Both the position numbers and the translations under genes were made by a program. From an uncultured Nitrososphaeria archaeon (GTDB lineage Archaea > Thermoproteota > Nitrososphaeria_A > Caldarchaeales > Wolframiiraptoraceae), in assembly GCA_964655015.1 (NCBI GenBank), contig CAZZKR010000022.1, positions 6,583-70,582 on the forward strand: a stretch of DNA of 64,000 nucleotides, given 5' to 3'. Numbering within the stretch: position 1 is the stretch's first letter; each line of letters begins with the position of its first letter. This document shows, one piece after another, positions 52,962 to 62,013 of the stretch. The notes beneath the pieces are model-generated. The model worked only from the letters and a program-made list of their open reading frames with translations, did not search any database and was not told the DNA's origin.

Positions 52962-54436
52962 GCAAGATGAAAGAAGTGGTAATAAACCCCATCACGAGGC
53001 TTGAAGGGCACGGCAAGATCGTGGTAATACTCGACGATGCTGGGAACTGTGTTAAAGCATACCTCCAAGTACCTGAACTCAGAGGTTTCGAAACATTCGC
53101 CGTAGGAAGACATGCGGAAGACATGCCGCAGATAACTTCTAGGATATGCGGCGTATGCCCGACAGCCCACCACATGGCCTCAACAAAAACTCTAGACGAC
53201 CTCTACAAGGTAGAGCCGCCGGAACCTGCAAAGAAGATTAGAGAAATGTTCTACAACATATTCATGCTTGAAGACCATGCACTCCACTTCTACATCCTAG
53301 CAGGACCAGACTTCATAGTAGGACCGAAGGCATCCAAAGAGGAGAGAAACGTCGTAGGAGTAATCAAGAAGGTTGGAACGGAAGTCGGTTTAAGAGTAAT
53401 CCAGACTAGGAAGAAGCTTAGAAAATTAATGGAGATAATCGGCGGAAAAACAATACATCCAGTCCTCGGCCTACCAGGAGGGATATCAAAACCGCTATCT
53501 CAAGAAGCGGTTGAAACAGCAAGGAAAGTATCGGAAGAAGCGGTACAATTCGCAGAGTTCACATACAAGATCTTCAAAGATGTAGTCTTAGCAAACAAAG
53601 AATACGTAGACCTCATAACAAGCGAAGCGTACACGCATAGGACATACTACATGGGTTTAGTGGATGAAAAGAACAGAGTAAACTTCTACGATGGAAAGAT
53701 CAGAGTAGTCTCACCAAGAGGGATAGAACACGCAAAATTCGACATCCATCAATACCTGGATTACATAGCAGAACACGTAGAACCATGGACGTACATAAAA
53801 TTCCCGTACCTCAAGAAGATAGGATGGAAAGGATTCATAGACGGAGAAGATAGCGGAGTGATGAGTGTAGCACCGCTAGCAAGACTCAACGCAGCAGATG
53901 GAATGGCAACACCGAAAGCACAGGAAGCATATGAAGAAATGTACGAAACACTGGGAGGAAAACCAATCCACCACACGCTAGCAAACCACTGGGCAAGAGT
54001 AATAGAGATAATCTATGCGGCAGAAAGATTCAGAGAATTAGCAAATGACCCAGACATAGAAAGCAAAGAAGTAAGAAACCTGCCAACAGCAACACCAGAA
54101 GAAGGTATAGGAGTAGTAGAAGCACCAAGAGGGACACTAATACATCACTACCAAACAGACCAAAACGGAGTAATCAAGAAAGCAAACCTGCTAGTAGCAA
54201 CACAGCACAACGCGGCGAGAATAGCGCTCTCGGTAGACAAAGCGGCAAGAAGTCTCGTCAAAGCGGGACAGATAGACCAAGGAATACTAAACATGGTAGA
54301 GATGGCGTTCAGAGCATATGACCCATGTCACGCCTGCGGGACCCATTCGCTACCAGGTGGTATTTCAGTCAAGTTCTATCTATACAGCATGAATGGTCAA
54401 CTTTTGAGAATCGTCAATTCCGAGGATTTGGTTTAA
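52958..54436 (+). CDS. mvhA: [NiFe]-hydrogenase large subunit, MvhA-like
   Basis: RLEGHGK, RICGVCPTAHH (L1) and DPCHACGTH (L5), followed by a C-terminal extension of about 29 aa. Confidence 0.9.
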   Translation: MSKMKEVVINPITRLEGHGKIVVILDDAGNCVKAYLQVPELRGFETFAVGRHAEDMPQITSRICGVCPTAHHMASTKTLDDLYKVEPPEPAKKIREMFYNIFMLEDHALHFYILAGPDFIVGPKASKEERNVVGVIKKVGTEVGLRVIQTRKKLRKLMEIIGGKTIHPVLGLPGGISKPLSQEAVETARKVSEEAVQFAEFTYKIFKDVVLANKEYVDLITSEAYTHRTYYMGLVDEKNRVNFYDGKIRVVSPRGIEHAKFDIHQYLDYIAEHVEPWTYIKFPYLKKIGWKGFIDGEDSGVMSVAPLARLNAADGMATPKAQEAYEEMYETLGGKPIHHTLANHWARVIEIIYAAERFRELANDPDIESKEVRNLPTATPEEGIGVVEAPRGTLIHHYQTDQNGVIKKANLLVATQHNAARIALSVDKAARSLVKAGQIDQGILNMVEMAFRAYDPCHACGTHSLPGGISVKFYLYSMNGQLLRIVNSEDLV

Positions 54437-54698
54437 TTTATTACATCAAATATTTATCGGATAACGGATTGGCGAGGTTTCTGTTTTATGTATTGTTGGA
54501 GTTAATTTAAATTCTTTCAAAGACATTTTAGAAGAGTAGGCCGACAATTGTTGTTATAGCTGCATATAAGTAATAGCAGGAAAAATTTAGCATCCACGAA
54601 ATTCTCTAGGGGGCCATAAAGATGCATTTAATGATTCGCAGTTAGTCTTATTTTTTAAAATTTAAGATTTTAATGTAATAGAACAGGCTACAAGATCC

Positions 54699-55991
54699 TT
54701 AGGCAGGTAAACCAACTTTAAGCAAAAAGTCTATGAGCCACTGAGGCTTAACTGGAAACCAGACGATAAACCATGCTACTTGTACTGCAGTCATAGAGAA
54801 TAGTATAATCTTTGAGAATTTGTCTTCTCCGAGTATGTATGGTAACCCTATAGCTATTATCGGTACAGTTGAGTAGAAGTAGAACGGGTATACCCATCTA
54901 TGGAGTATGTATGCAATAGGGAAGAAGACTAGATAGGTTAGAGAGATCCATGAAAGTATTAACATCTCAGTGTCTGGAAACGCTTTACTCCTCAATATGA
55001 GGATGGATGAATAGATTGAGAACGCAAATATAACCCAGGTCGTCCACCATAAAGGTGTCTGCATGCCGTAATATGCTATTGGATGATATTCTTTACCATC
55101 AATAGTTACCTTTACGACAAAGTATGATTCACGGGAGAAAGGCATGATCGGATTAGCCCAAGTAATGGGCATGTGGACTACATCCCCCTCTTTAAATGTT
55201 AAGGTAGAATGGTAGTTTAGTATATAGTCGAGATGCTCAAAAGGTGTAGAATAAGCATTTAAAGAATAATCGTAGATAGCTAACCCAGCTAACAGGACTA
55301 ATAGAGAAATTATTAACGTCTTCTCAACGATCTTTAACATCTCTTTAATCGAATTTATGAATCTCTTCTGCGAATAAGACGTTTTCAAGAAATAGTATAG
55401 TAGTAGAGCAGCAAATATGAAGAAACTCGAGATCTTGCATAGTAATGCAAAACCAATCGCGACGCCTGAATAGAAATATCTCCTCTTAAGGAAAAATATT
55501 GCCGATAATAGGCTGAACATCATAGCAGGGGCATCTAGGATTGCCATCGAGCTGATGTTAAATGAAGTAACATCACAAGCAAAGAGTATTGCTGAACATA
55601 GAGCTAAAACATTGTTCTTTAATACTATGTGTGCAAGTTTACCCAGTAAGTATACCGTTATTGCTCCCGATAACGCTATGAAAACCCTCCACCCTATTGG
55701 GTTATCTCCAAACAATAGTATCCCTAATATGATTAATGCTTTAGAGAGGGGTGGGTGCTCATTATTCACCGCCATTCCCATAAGCATCTTGCGAGCAGCC
55801 GGGACATAGTGAGCTTCATCAAAGATTAATGCGCAATCTGTTGATAAAGGTGGATTAGTACAGTTGGAAGGTGGGAGTTTAGGCCAAGGTTCATTTATTA
55901 TCAATAATTTCAATACAAGGATGATAATAGACAAGATTGCTAACTGGACGTCTAGCTTACTTAGATGTCTTCTTAAGAAGGCTATGCTCAT
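54699..55991 (-). CDS. GT-C fold membrane glycosyltransferase-like protein (GT39/PMT_2-like)
   Basis: About 11 TM helices. The first loop carries FDEAHYVPAARKM, resembling the DE motif of PMT/ArnT-type lipid-carrier-dependent glycosyltransferases. Confidence 0.6.
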   Translation of the reverse strand: MSIAFLRRHLSKLDVQLAILSIIILVLKLLIINEPWPKLPPSNCTNPPLSTDCALIFDEAHYVPAARKMLMGMAVNNEHPPLSKALIILGILLFGDNPIGWRVFIALSGAITVYLLGKLAHIVLKNNVLALCSAILFACDVTSFNISSMAILDAPAMMFSLLSAIFFLKRRYFYSGVAIGFALLCKISSFFIFAALLLYYFLKTSYSQKRFINSIKEMLKIVEKTLIISLLVLLAGLAIYDYSLNAYSTPFEHLDYILNYHSTLTFKEGDVVHMPITWANPIMPFSRESYFVVKVTIDGKEYHPIAYYGMQTPLWWTTWVIFAFSIYSSILILRSKAFPDTEMLILSWISLTYLVFFPIAYILHRWVYPFYFYSTVPIIAIGLPYILGEDKFSKIILFSMTAVQVAWFIVWFPVKPQWLIDFLLKVGLPA

Positions 55992-57115
55992 AAAATCTTC
56001 ACCAAGCTTGCTAAAGGTTTAATCAATTCTTTAAAGATCATCTTTTTCCCGGAAGCTCTAAGATACGTCTCAGCCAACATGTATAATAATGCCACAGCTC
56101 TTATTAATGCAAGATTTTGAGGTAATGTCCCAGGCATTAGCGGATCCTTCTCCATAAACCATGTAAGAATTATTCCTACATTAGCACCTTCAAGAATATA
56201 GAATGTTGGTTGAATTCTACCAATTATTGCTAAGAAAGGAAGAATAAATATAACCATCTGTGGAGTGAAAACATAGTTTGTTAAAAGGAAGACTGATAGT
56301 AACATAAAGGATCTCTCATAGAGGTTGCCGACATTGCTTAGGTAGATTTTCAGTAAACCATAAGCCATGAGAAGAGCGCTGAATAGCTTAGCTGTATCCC
56401 ATGAACCTCTTGAAGGAAATAGGTAAACGAACCAAGCATTCTCAAGCCCCCAATTAAGATGATAAAGGTATGTACCTTTAAAGAAGCTTGGATTAAGTAT
56501 CTGTAATCCTATATTAACAATCGCAATAGGCATAAAAACATAAAATAGATAATTTAACCTACTCTTCCAATCCTTTAAGCTAACAAGCAGCATCGGTAGA
56601 AGTATAATATTGACTAGTTTTACGAGGGTTGTGGCTGAGAATAGCAGTGCTGAAATCTTATACTTGCCCTTCTCAAAAAACATTAAAGATAAGATTAAGA
56701 GTGCAGCGAAGACTACATCGAAGTTATAATTTAGATAGACGATCATTGAAGGTGAAAATATAAGGAAGACAAAGATGTAGATTGGTGGGACATTCTTTTC
56801 ACGCATTATCTTGAAGACTGTTAAAACAAGGAGAATATAAAATAAGTAGAGTATGGTGGAGAAAGCATTATAGTATGGGATCATTTCTCCTCTACCAATA
56901 ACTGATGAGACATAGGTTATCAATCCTGCCAATGGAGGATACTCAAAACTTTCTTGTATGTATGGTATCCTAACATCCATTACTAGAGGTCTATACCAGA
57001 AAGAGATAATGTCTGAATAGATATTCCCTCCAATCTTTGGATGGTGAAGCAAATACGATGTAATAAAGGATAATGTAGATGCGATGATGATTATCTTCCT
57101 CAACACTTTTTTCAT
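55988..57115 (-). CDS. Polytopic membrane protein, DUF2029/GT87-like putative glycosyltransferase
   Basis: FEYPPLAGL loop motif after TM1; about 10 TM; 4-nt overlap with the downstream GT39-like gene. Confidence 0.45.
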   Translation of the reverse strand: MKKVLRKIIIIASTLSFITSYLLHHPKIGGNIYSDIISFWYRPLVMDVRIPYIQESFEYPPLAGLITYVSSVIGRGEMIPYYNAFSTILYLFYILLVLTVFKIMREKNVPPIYIFVFLIFSPSMIVYLNYNFDVVFAALLILSLMFFEKGKYKISALLFSATTLVKLVNIILLPMLLVSLKDWKSRLNYLFYVFMPIAIVNIGLQILNPSFFKGTYLYHLNWGLENAWFVYLFPSRGSWDTAKLFSALLMAYGLLKIYLSNVGNLYERSFMLLSVFLLTNYVFTPQMVIFILPFLAIIGRIQPTFYILEGANVGIILTWFMEKDPLMPGTLPQNLALIRAVALLYMLAETYLRASGKKMIFKELIKPLASLVKIL

Positions 57116-57157
57116 AAATTTCTCAACCTCTTACCCTAAATACTAAAACTTTGGATG

Positions 57158-57172
57158 ATTTTAAATTGTATA
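57158..57172 (+). repeat. Copy 1 of the exact 15-nt direct repeat ATTTTAAATTGTATA (TATA-box-like)
   Basis: Read directly from the sequence; the second copy is at 57316-57330. Confidence 0.6.
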
Positions 57173-57315
57173 AACATAGCTAATCGCGCAGTAATGGTTT
57201 ATAAGACGAATTTAAACATTCAAGCAAGAAATGAATGTGACGACATTGACTTTAAGTTTACGTAACCAGCGGAACCTCAAAGCTTTAATGAATATTGTTG
57301 GCACTTTAAGTGTTC

Positions 57316-57330
57316 ATTTTAAATTGTATA
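57316..57330 (+). repeat. Copy 2 of the exact 15-nt direct repeat ATTTTAAATTGTATA
   Basis: Read directly from the sequence, 158 bp after copy 1. It is followed by a degenerate segment of about 43 nt that resembles 57268-57310. Confidence 0.6.
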
Positions 57331-57495
57331 TACGACCGGAACCCCCAGAGCATAACTAATGATTGGAACTTTGAAATTTTTAATAATAAAGAGACCAAAA
57401 TAGCTATTTTTAAATTAACTTTTCAACCTTCTCAAAAAACGCTACGTTTATATATAAGATAAATAAAACAAAATCTAAGTATGCGGTGTTTATAA

Positions 57496-58509
57496 ATGAA
57501 AATAAATCCTAAGGCTGTGTTCTTCTTAGTAGTGTTTCTTGGTTTCTTAACTATAGGTGCGGCTCAGCAAATAATAATAACAACAACTACGACTACGCTC
57601 ATAACAATACCTGGAACCACTTATGTTACAACTCTTCCAGGTGGGGAAATTACAGCAACGATAGTCATACCAAAGTATACATTGATAGCCGTAGAAAAAC
57701 GTCCAGACCAAACGTGTTCAATAGTATTAAAACCCATAAAAACTGAGGGAGTAATAACCATCCCCGGCACTACTGTTACTATTCCTGGAACAACTGTGCA
57801 AACTGTATTTACTGAGCCTACGATCAAGTATTCTATAACTTATGAAGAAGATGGGGTAACAACTACTACGGGATATACGTACATAGAGCTTGTTACCACA
57901 ATAGCTGGACAAACATTCTCTATACCAATACCTCTATATGCAGAGATCATAGAAAGCTGCCAGACAATACAAGTCGTACAGGAAGTAACGATTATCATGG
58001 GAAGTGTACCTGCCACATTCTACTATGCATACCCAGAGATGACATATTCATTCGAAGGAGCAACCTTTACTATAGAAGAGATGACAGAAGAATTGCCAAC
58101 AACTATAACTACTACGACTATTACACCTGGAACAACATATACTGAGTCAACAGTTTTTCCTGGAACGACTATGGCCACCACAATTACTCTGCCATCTACT
58201 ACCGTTACAGTAACCGAGCCTGAAAAGACAGTAACGTCTACGATAACATATGTGACAACCATTACTAGACCGACTACGGAGACTACGCCTACAACACCTA
58301 CACCAACCACAACCACTCAAACTACTCCGACCACTGTAACTACACCGACACCCACCCCAACTCTAACAGAGACTGAGACGACTAGACCAGGAATGGAATT
58401 TGCAGGGTTACCTCTTGACATACTTGCAGGAATAATAGCAACCGTAGCAATCATAGCAATAGTCGTAGCTGCTCTGCTGTTTAGGAGAGGTGCAGGCAGG
58501 ATTAGATAA
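57496..58509 (+). CDS. Thr-rich secreted surface protein with PGTT repeats and a C-terminal TM anchor (PGF-CTERM-like layout)
   Basis: Signal-like N-terminus (VFFLVVFLGFLTIGAA), repeated I(T)IPGTT(Y/V) units, a TTETTPTTPTPTTTTQTTPTTVTTPTPTPT linker, then RPGMEFAGL plus a hydrophobic helix plus RRGAGRIR. Confidence 0.7.
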   Translation: MKINPKAVFFLVVFLGFLTIGAAQQIIITTTTTTLITIPGTTYVTTLPGGEITATIVIPKYTLIAVEKRPDQTCSIVLKPIKTEGVITIPGTTVTIPGTTVQTVFTEPTIKYSITYEEDGVTTTTGYTYIELVTTIAGQTFSIPIPLYAEIIESCQTIQVVQEVTIIMGSVPATFYYAYPEMTYSFEGATFTIEEMTEELPTTITTTTITPGTTYTESTVFPGTTMATTITLPSTTVTVTEPEKTVTSTITYVTTITRPTTETTPTTPTPTTTTQTTPTTVTTPTPTPTLTETETTRPGMEFAGLPLDILAGIIATVAIIAIVVAALLFRRGAGRIR

Positions 58510-58532
58510 CCTCCTTATGTCGCAACTATTAT

Positions 58533-58560
58533 AACCTATTCTCTTTTTATGAGATAGGTT
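58533..58560. terminator. Hairpin between convergent genes (10 bp stem with one bulge, T-rich loop)
   Basis: AACCTAT(T)CTC-TTTTTAT-GAGATAGGTT, read directly. It lies between the ends of 57496..58509(+) and 58607..59563(-). Confidence 0.35.
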
Positions 58561-58606
58561 TCGAGTATGATAAAAAGTGTTTAAAACGCTCACTTTTTCA
58601 CGACTA

Positions 58607-59563
58607 CTAGGAAAACCTCCTCACGATAAACTTTTCATCAGCAAAAGTAACCACGCTTATCTCGTGCTTATCTATAAGCTTTCGTATGAGACCTTCTGGG
58701 TCATCTACAACTTTTTCAAGTACCCTTACCGCATGGCTTAGCCTCAACGGGTGTACCGATACTAGGTTTAGGAGCCAAACCTCTGGATTCCCATAAACAG
58801 AAAGTTCGGGAGGTTCTGGCAAGTTGAGCAGTTCCACATGGTCTTCTCCGAGCTTGTCGGCAAAGAGCGTGTATGCCTCCACGAGCCTTTCCGGCGGCGG
58901 AGGCTTAGCGTACACTTCTGCAGGAGGTCTTACTGGGATTGCTATGTAAGCTCTCCATGGTTCAAGGTCCCTAATGAAGTCTACGATTAACTTTAGCTCT
59001 TCTGGGCTAGTGTTAAACTCATTTACGAGCATTGTCTCTGTGACCAGCTTCCCTTTAAACATACCAGCAAACTCTTTAATGCCCTTAAGTATGTCTGCGA
59101 GCTTTAAGCCCGGGTGCGGTCTGTTGACCTTCTTCCATGTATCTTCAGTTAGAGCATCAATTTTCACGGAGACGAGGTCTGCATCGAGGAGGTCTTTTCT
59201 AACATCCTCCCGAAACAATAGCGAGGCATTGGTAAGTACGGCTATGGGTTTTGATACCGACTTCTTAATCTCGGCTATCTCTTGGCCTATGCGTATGTCT
59301 AAAAGTGGCTCCCCATCGGGGACGAACGTCACGTAGTCTACTTTTTCGTCTACATTGTTAATAAACTCGGAAACCTCGGATACCACCTCTTCAGGACTGT
59401 AGAATGCCCTCCTTTCGATGGAAAGGTTTCTCGTCCTGCCGAGCTGGCAATATATGCAGGAGTACGTGCAGGTCTTGTACGGTATATTGTTAATACCTAA
59501 GCTTCTCCCTAATCTCCTAGACATTACGGGACCGAAGACATGCTTGAATGTAGGCATGCTCAC
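58607..59563 (-). CDS. Radical SAM protein (COG0731-like)
   Basis: CTYSCIYCQLG CxxxCxxC motif near the N-terminus; 318 aa. Confidence 0.8.
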   Translation of the reverse strand: MSMPTFKHVFGPVMSRRLGRSLGINNIPYKTCTYSCIYCQLGRTRNLSIERRAFYSPEEVVSEVSEFINNVDEKVDYVTFVPDGEPLLDIRIGQEIAEIKKSVSKPIAVLTNASLLFREDVRKDLLDADLVSVKIDALTEDTWKKVNRPHPGLKLADILKGIKEFAGMFKGKLVTETMLVNEFNTSPEELKLIVDFIRDLEPWRAYIAIPVRPPAEVYAKPPPPERLVEAYTLFADKLGEDHVELLNLPEPPELSVYGNPEVWLLNLVSVHPLRLSHAVRVLEKVVDDPEGLIRKLIDKHEISVVTFADEKFIVRRFS

Positions 59564-59611
59564 AGATATGTTCCTCCACTCGACATATAGTAAAAAAGGT
59601 GTATTATACGT

Positions 59612-60112
<501 letters not shown>

Positions 60113-60529
60113 TTAAGCGAATTTGTCCCCTTCCTTTAGCCAACGATAAATAGTTTTTAAAGGCACGCCCAACTCCTCTGACATTTGCTTAGCGTTATAA
60201 CCCATGCGCCTTAACTCTTGCATCTGCCTCTTCTTCAACCTTCTTTCGGCCTTATTGAATTTGGCTTTATTCTCGAAAATTATGCGGTCCTCTTTGCCGA
60301 AGAGTGAAAGGGCCAACGTGAAGGCTTTAATGTAGTTATATTCCCTGTTAATGTAACCTATTAACTTGATACGATAATCTTCGGCAATATATTCCCTTAA
60401 CTGATTTAGCACCTCCTCTACCATATCGAAGCTTATGGAAGGCCCGAACTCGACCTCGACCGTCTTACTCTCGGACTTAACCTCAATCGAGTAACCTTTG
60501 TTCATTTCCGGTCGCCTCTTTTTTATCAC
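60113..60529 (-). CDS. Hypothetical protein with a C-terminal helix-turn-helix (resolvase/Hin-type HTH-like)
   Basis: C-terminus [32 protein letters not shown]. The N-terminal 90 aa match no family I recognise. Confidence 0.5.
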   Translation of the reverse strand: MIKKRRPEMNKGYSIEVKSESKTVEVEFGPSISFDMVEEVLNQLREYIAEDYRIKLIGYINREYNYIKAFTLALSLFGKEDRIIFENKAKFNKAERRLKKRQMQELRRMGYNAKQMSEELGVPLKTIYRWLKEGDKFA

Positions 60530-60871
60530 AGTGTCCGTATTTTCAGACTTATAAACTTTCCCATTTTGAGATTTCTTTATAATGCGAAAAGTTTATATAC
60601 TGTCGTTCTCATATTGTAAAAATGGAGAAATGAGAAACGGGGGTGGTCCCTATGGTGGTAGAAAAGGTATTCAAGCTAAAAATGATTAAGTACAAAATAA
60701 CTGATCGCGGACCTCCGATAATGATCTAAAACATCCCCTTTTTATTTTTTCTTTTTTGTTCGCTTTTTTATTAAAATGGGCGCTAATAATTCACGAACTC
60801 TAACTCTCTTGCAAAAACCAAGCAACACGGGTCTCATAATTGTTCGAATAATGTTTTTAAAAGCAAAACAG

Positions 60872-60945
60872 AGCCTCGGGCGGGATTTGAACCCGCGACC
60901 GCCGGCTTACCAAGCCGGCGCCCCACCCGGCTAGGCTACCGAGGC
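60872..60945 (-). tRNA. tRNA-Thr(GGU), no intron
   Basis: Reverse-complement fold: GCCUCGG-UA-GCCU..GGGC-G-CCGGC-UU GGU AA-GCCGG-CGGUC-GCGGG-UUCAAAU-CCCGC-CCGAGGC-U. Confidence 0.85.
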
Positions 60946-61035
60946 TGTTATAATTGGTTAAACCGAAAATTATTAGCTTTACCGTTCGGATCGCAAAAAT
61001 AATTTATAAACGTGTTAGAACAAAAGCTCAAGCGA

Positions 61036-61164
61036 GGGGGCGTGGCCCAGAGGAGCAAAAGTCTCCGGGGAACAAGGTCTACGGCGCCGGGCTCCAGATC
61101 TCTGCGAAGCAGATCAGGGTGTGCAGAAACCCGGAGACCGCCGGTTCGAATCCGGCCGCCCCCA
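61036..61164 (+). tRNA. tRNA-Trp(CCA) with two introns (about 23 nt in the D-arm region and 31 nt at 37/38)
   Basis: Acceptor GGGGGCG/CGCCCCC, T arm GCCGG-TTCGAAT-CCGGC, anticodon stem CCGGG/CCCGG with loop CU-CCA-G[31 nt]A. There are 42 nt between position 9 and the anticodon stem where about 19 are expected. The exact D-arm splice junctions were not resolved. Confidence 0.7.
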
Positions 61165-61209
61165 TCTTTAATTGCAATTCTAGGAGGCCAGATACCGACG
61201 TTCCAAGGT

Positions 61210-62013
61210 CTATCGGAATTGTAGCACCAGCCTTACAGCGACAAGCAGGAGCGTAAGACCCAGCAGCCTCTTGATTTTCACGTCGCCCACGAGACCCGAT
61301 ACACGCGCGCCCACTTGAGCACCCAACACACCGCCTAAGCCCAAGAGTATGGCGTACTCGAATGAGACATTGTTCAGCATAGAATGAGTAACGGAGCCGA
61401 AGAGTGTTGTGAACACTAGTATAAAATGCGATGTGGCCGTCGCAACGTGGACTGGTATGCCGAGTATGTGTATCATGATGGGCACATGCAGCACGCCTCC
61501 GCCGATGCCGAAGATGCTGGATGCAAAACCTGCGACAAAGCTCGTCACAAGCCCTAATGGTATGTTAATTGAGTATGTGTAGACTTTGCCACTAGAGTCG
61601 ATAATCTTCCTTCCATATCCTCCAGTCTTAACGGTGTCGAATTGACCCTTAGGCTTAATTAGAAGGTAAAGCGATGCCCAAACCAAAAGGGCCGCAAAGA
61701 TAAGCCTAAACATAAAGTGCTCAATATATCCCACAAGGTACGCACCTATGATCGCGCCCGGAATCGTGGGAACGGTAAGTAGGAGTCCAAGTTTAACGTC
61801 GACCCTCTTAAGTCTCAGGTACGAAATGCTCCCAGATAAAACGTTTAGGAAGACGAAAAACAAGCTCGTCCCAGTCGCCAGTCTGGGCTCGAAACCATAT
61901 AGCAAAATGAGGGCAGGGACAAGATACGCCCCACCGCCTATTCCTATCAGCGTCCCCAGCCCGCCTATTCCGAAACCAAGAGCCACAAGTATCAGACACT
62001 CGTACCATAGCAT
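61210..62013 (-). CDS. TauE/SafE (DUF81) family anion exporter
   Basis: 7-8 TM helices; duplicated GIGGG(A/V) motifs typical of TauE/SafE. Confidence 0.8.
   Translation of the reverse strand: MLWYECLILVALGFGIGGLGTLIGIGGGAYLVPALILLYGFEPRLATGTSLFFVFLNVLSGSISYLRLKRVDVKLGLLLTVPTIPGAIIGAYLVGYIEHFMFRLIFAALLVWASLYLLIKPKGQFDTVKTGGYGRKIIDSSGKVYTYSINIPLGLVTSFVAGFASSIFGIGGGVLHVPIMIHILGIPVHVATATSHFILVFTTLFGSVTHSMLNNVSFEYAILLGLGGVLGAQVGARVSGLVGDVKIKRLLGLTLLLVAVRLVLQFR

Noticed and set aside
49480-54436. In-frame UGA (selenocysteine) or a split large subunit, as in Methanococcus Vhu/HdrA
   Set aside because: All of the HdrA, MvhD, MvhG and MvhA ORFs are uninterrupted and have Cys at the expected ligand positions.
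58023-58316. 97-aa Val/Gly-rich minus-strand ORF (also 57621..57827 and 57727..57912)
   Set aside because: This is the mirror image of the ACN-rich Thr codons of the surface protein gene on the plus strand. It has no start context and the composition is an artefact.
61079-61125. Box C/D sRNA inside the tRNA-Trp intron, as known for haloarchaeal tRNA-Trp
   Set aside because: The anticodon-loop intron is only 31 nt and contains no UGAUGA or CUGA boxes.
60954-61256. 100-aa and 70-aa plus-strand ORFs (60954..61256, 61012..61224)
   Set aside because: Both run through the intron-containing tRNA-Trp gene (61036-61164). The Arg/Pro/Gly-rich composition is typical of reading GC-rich structural RNA.
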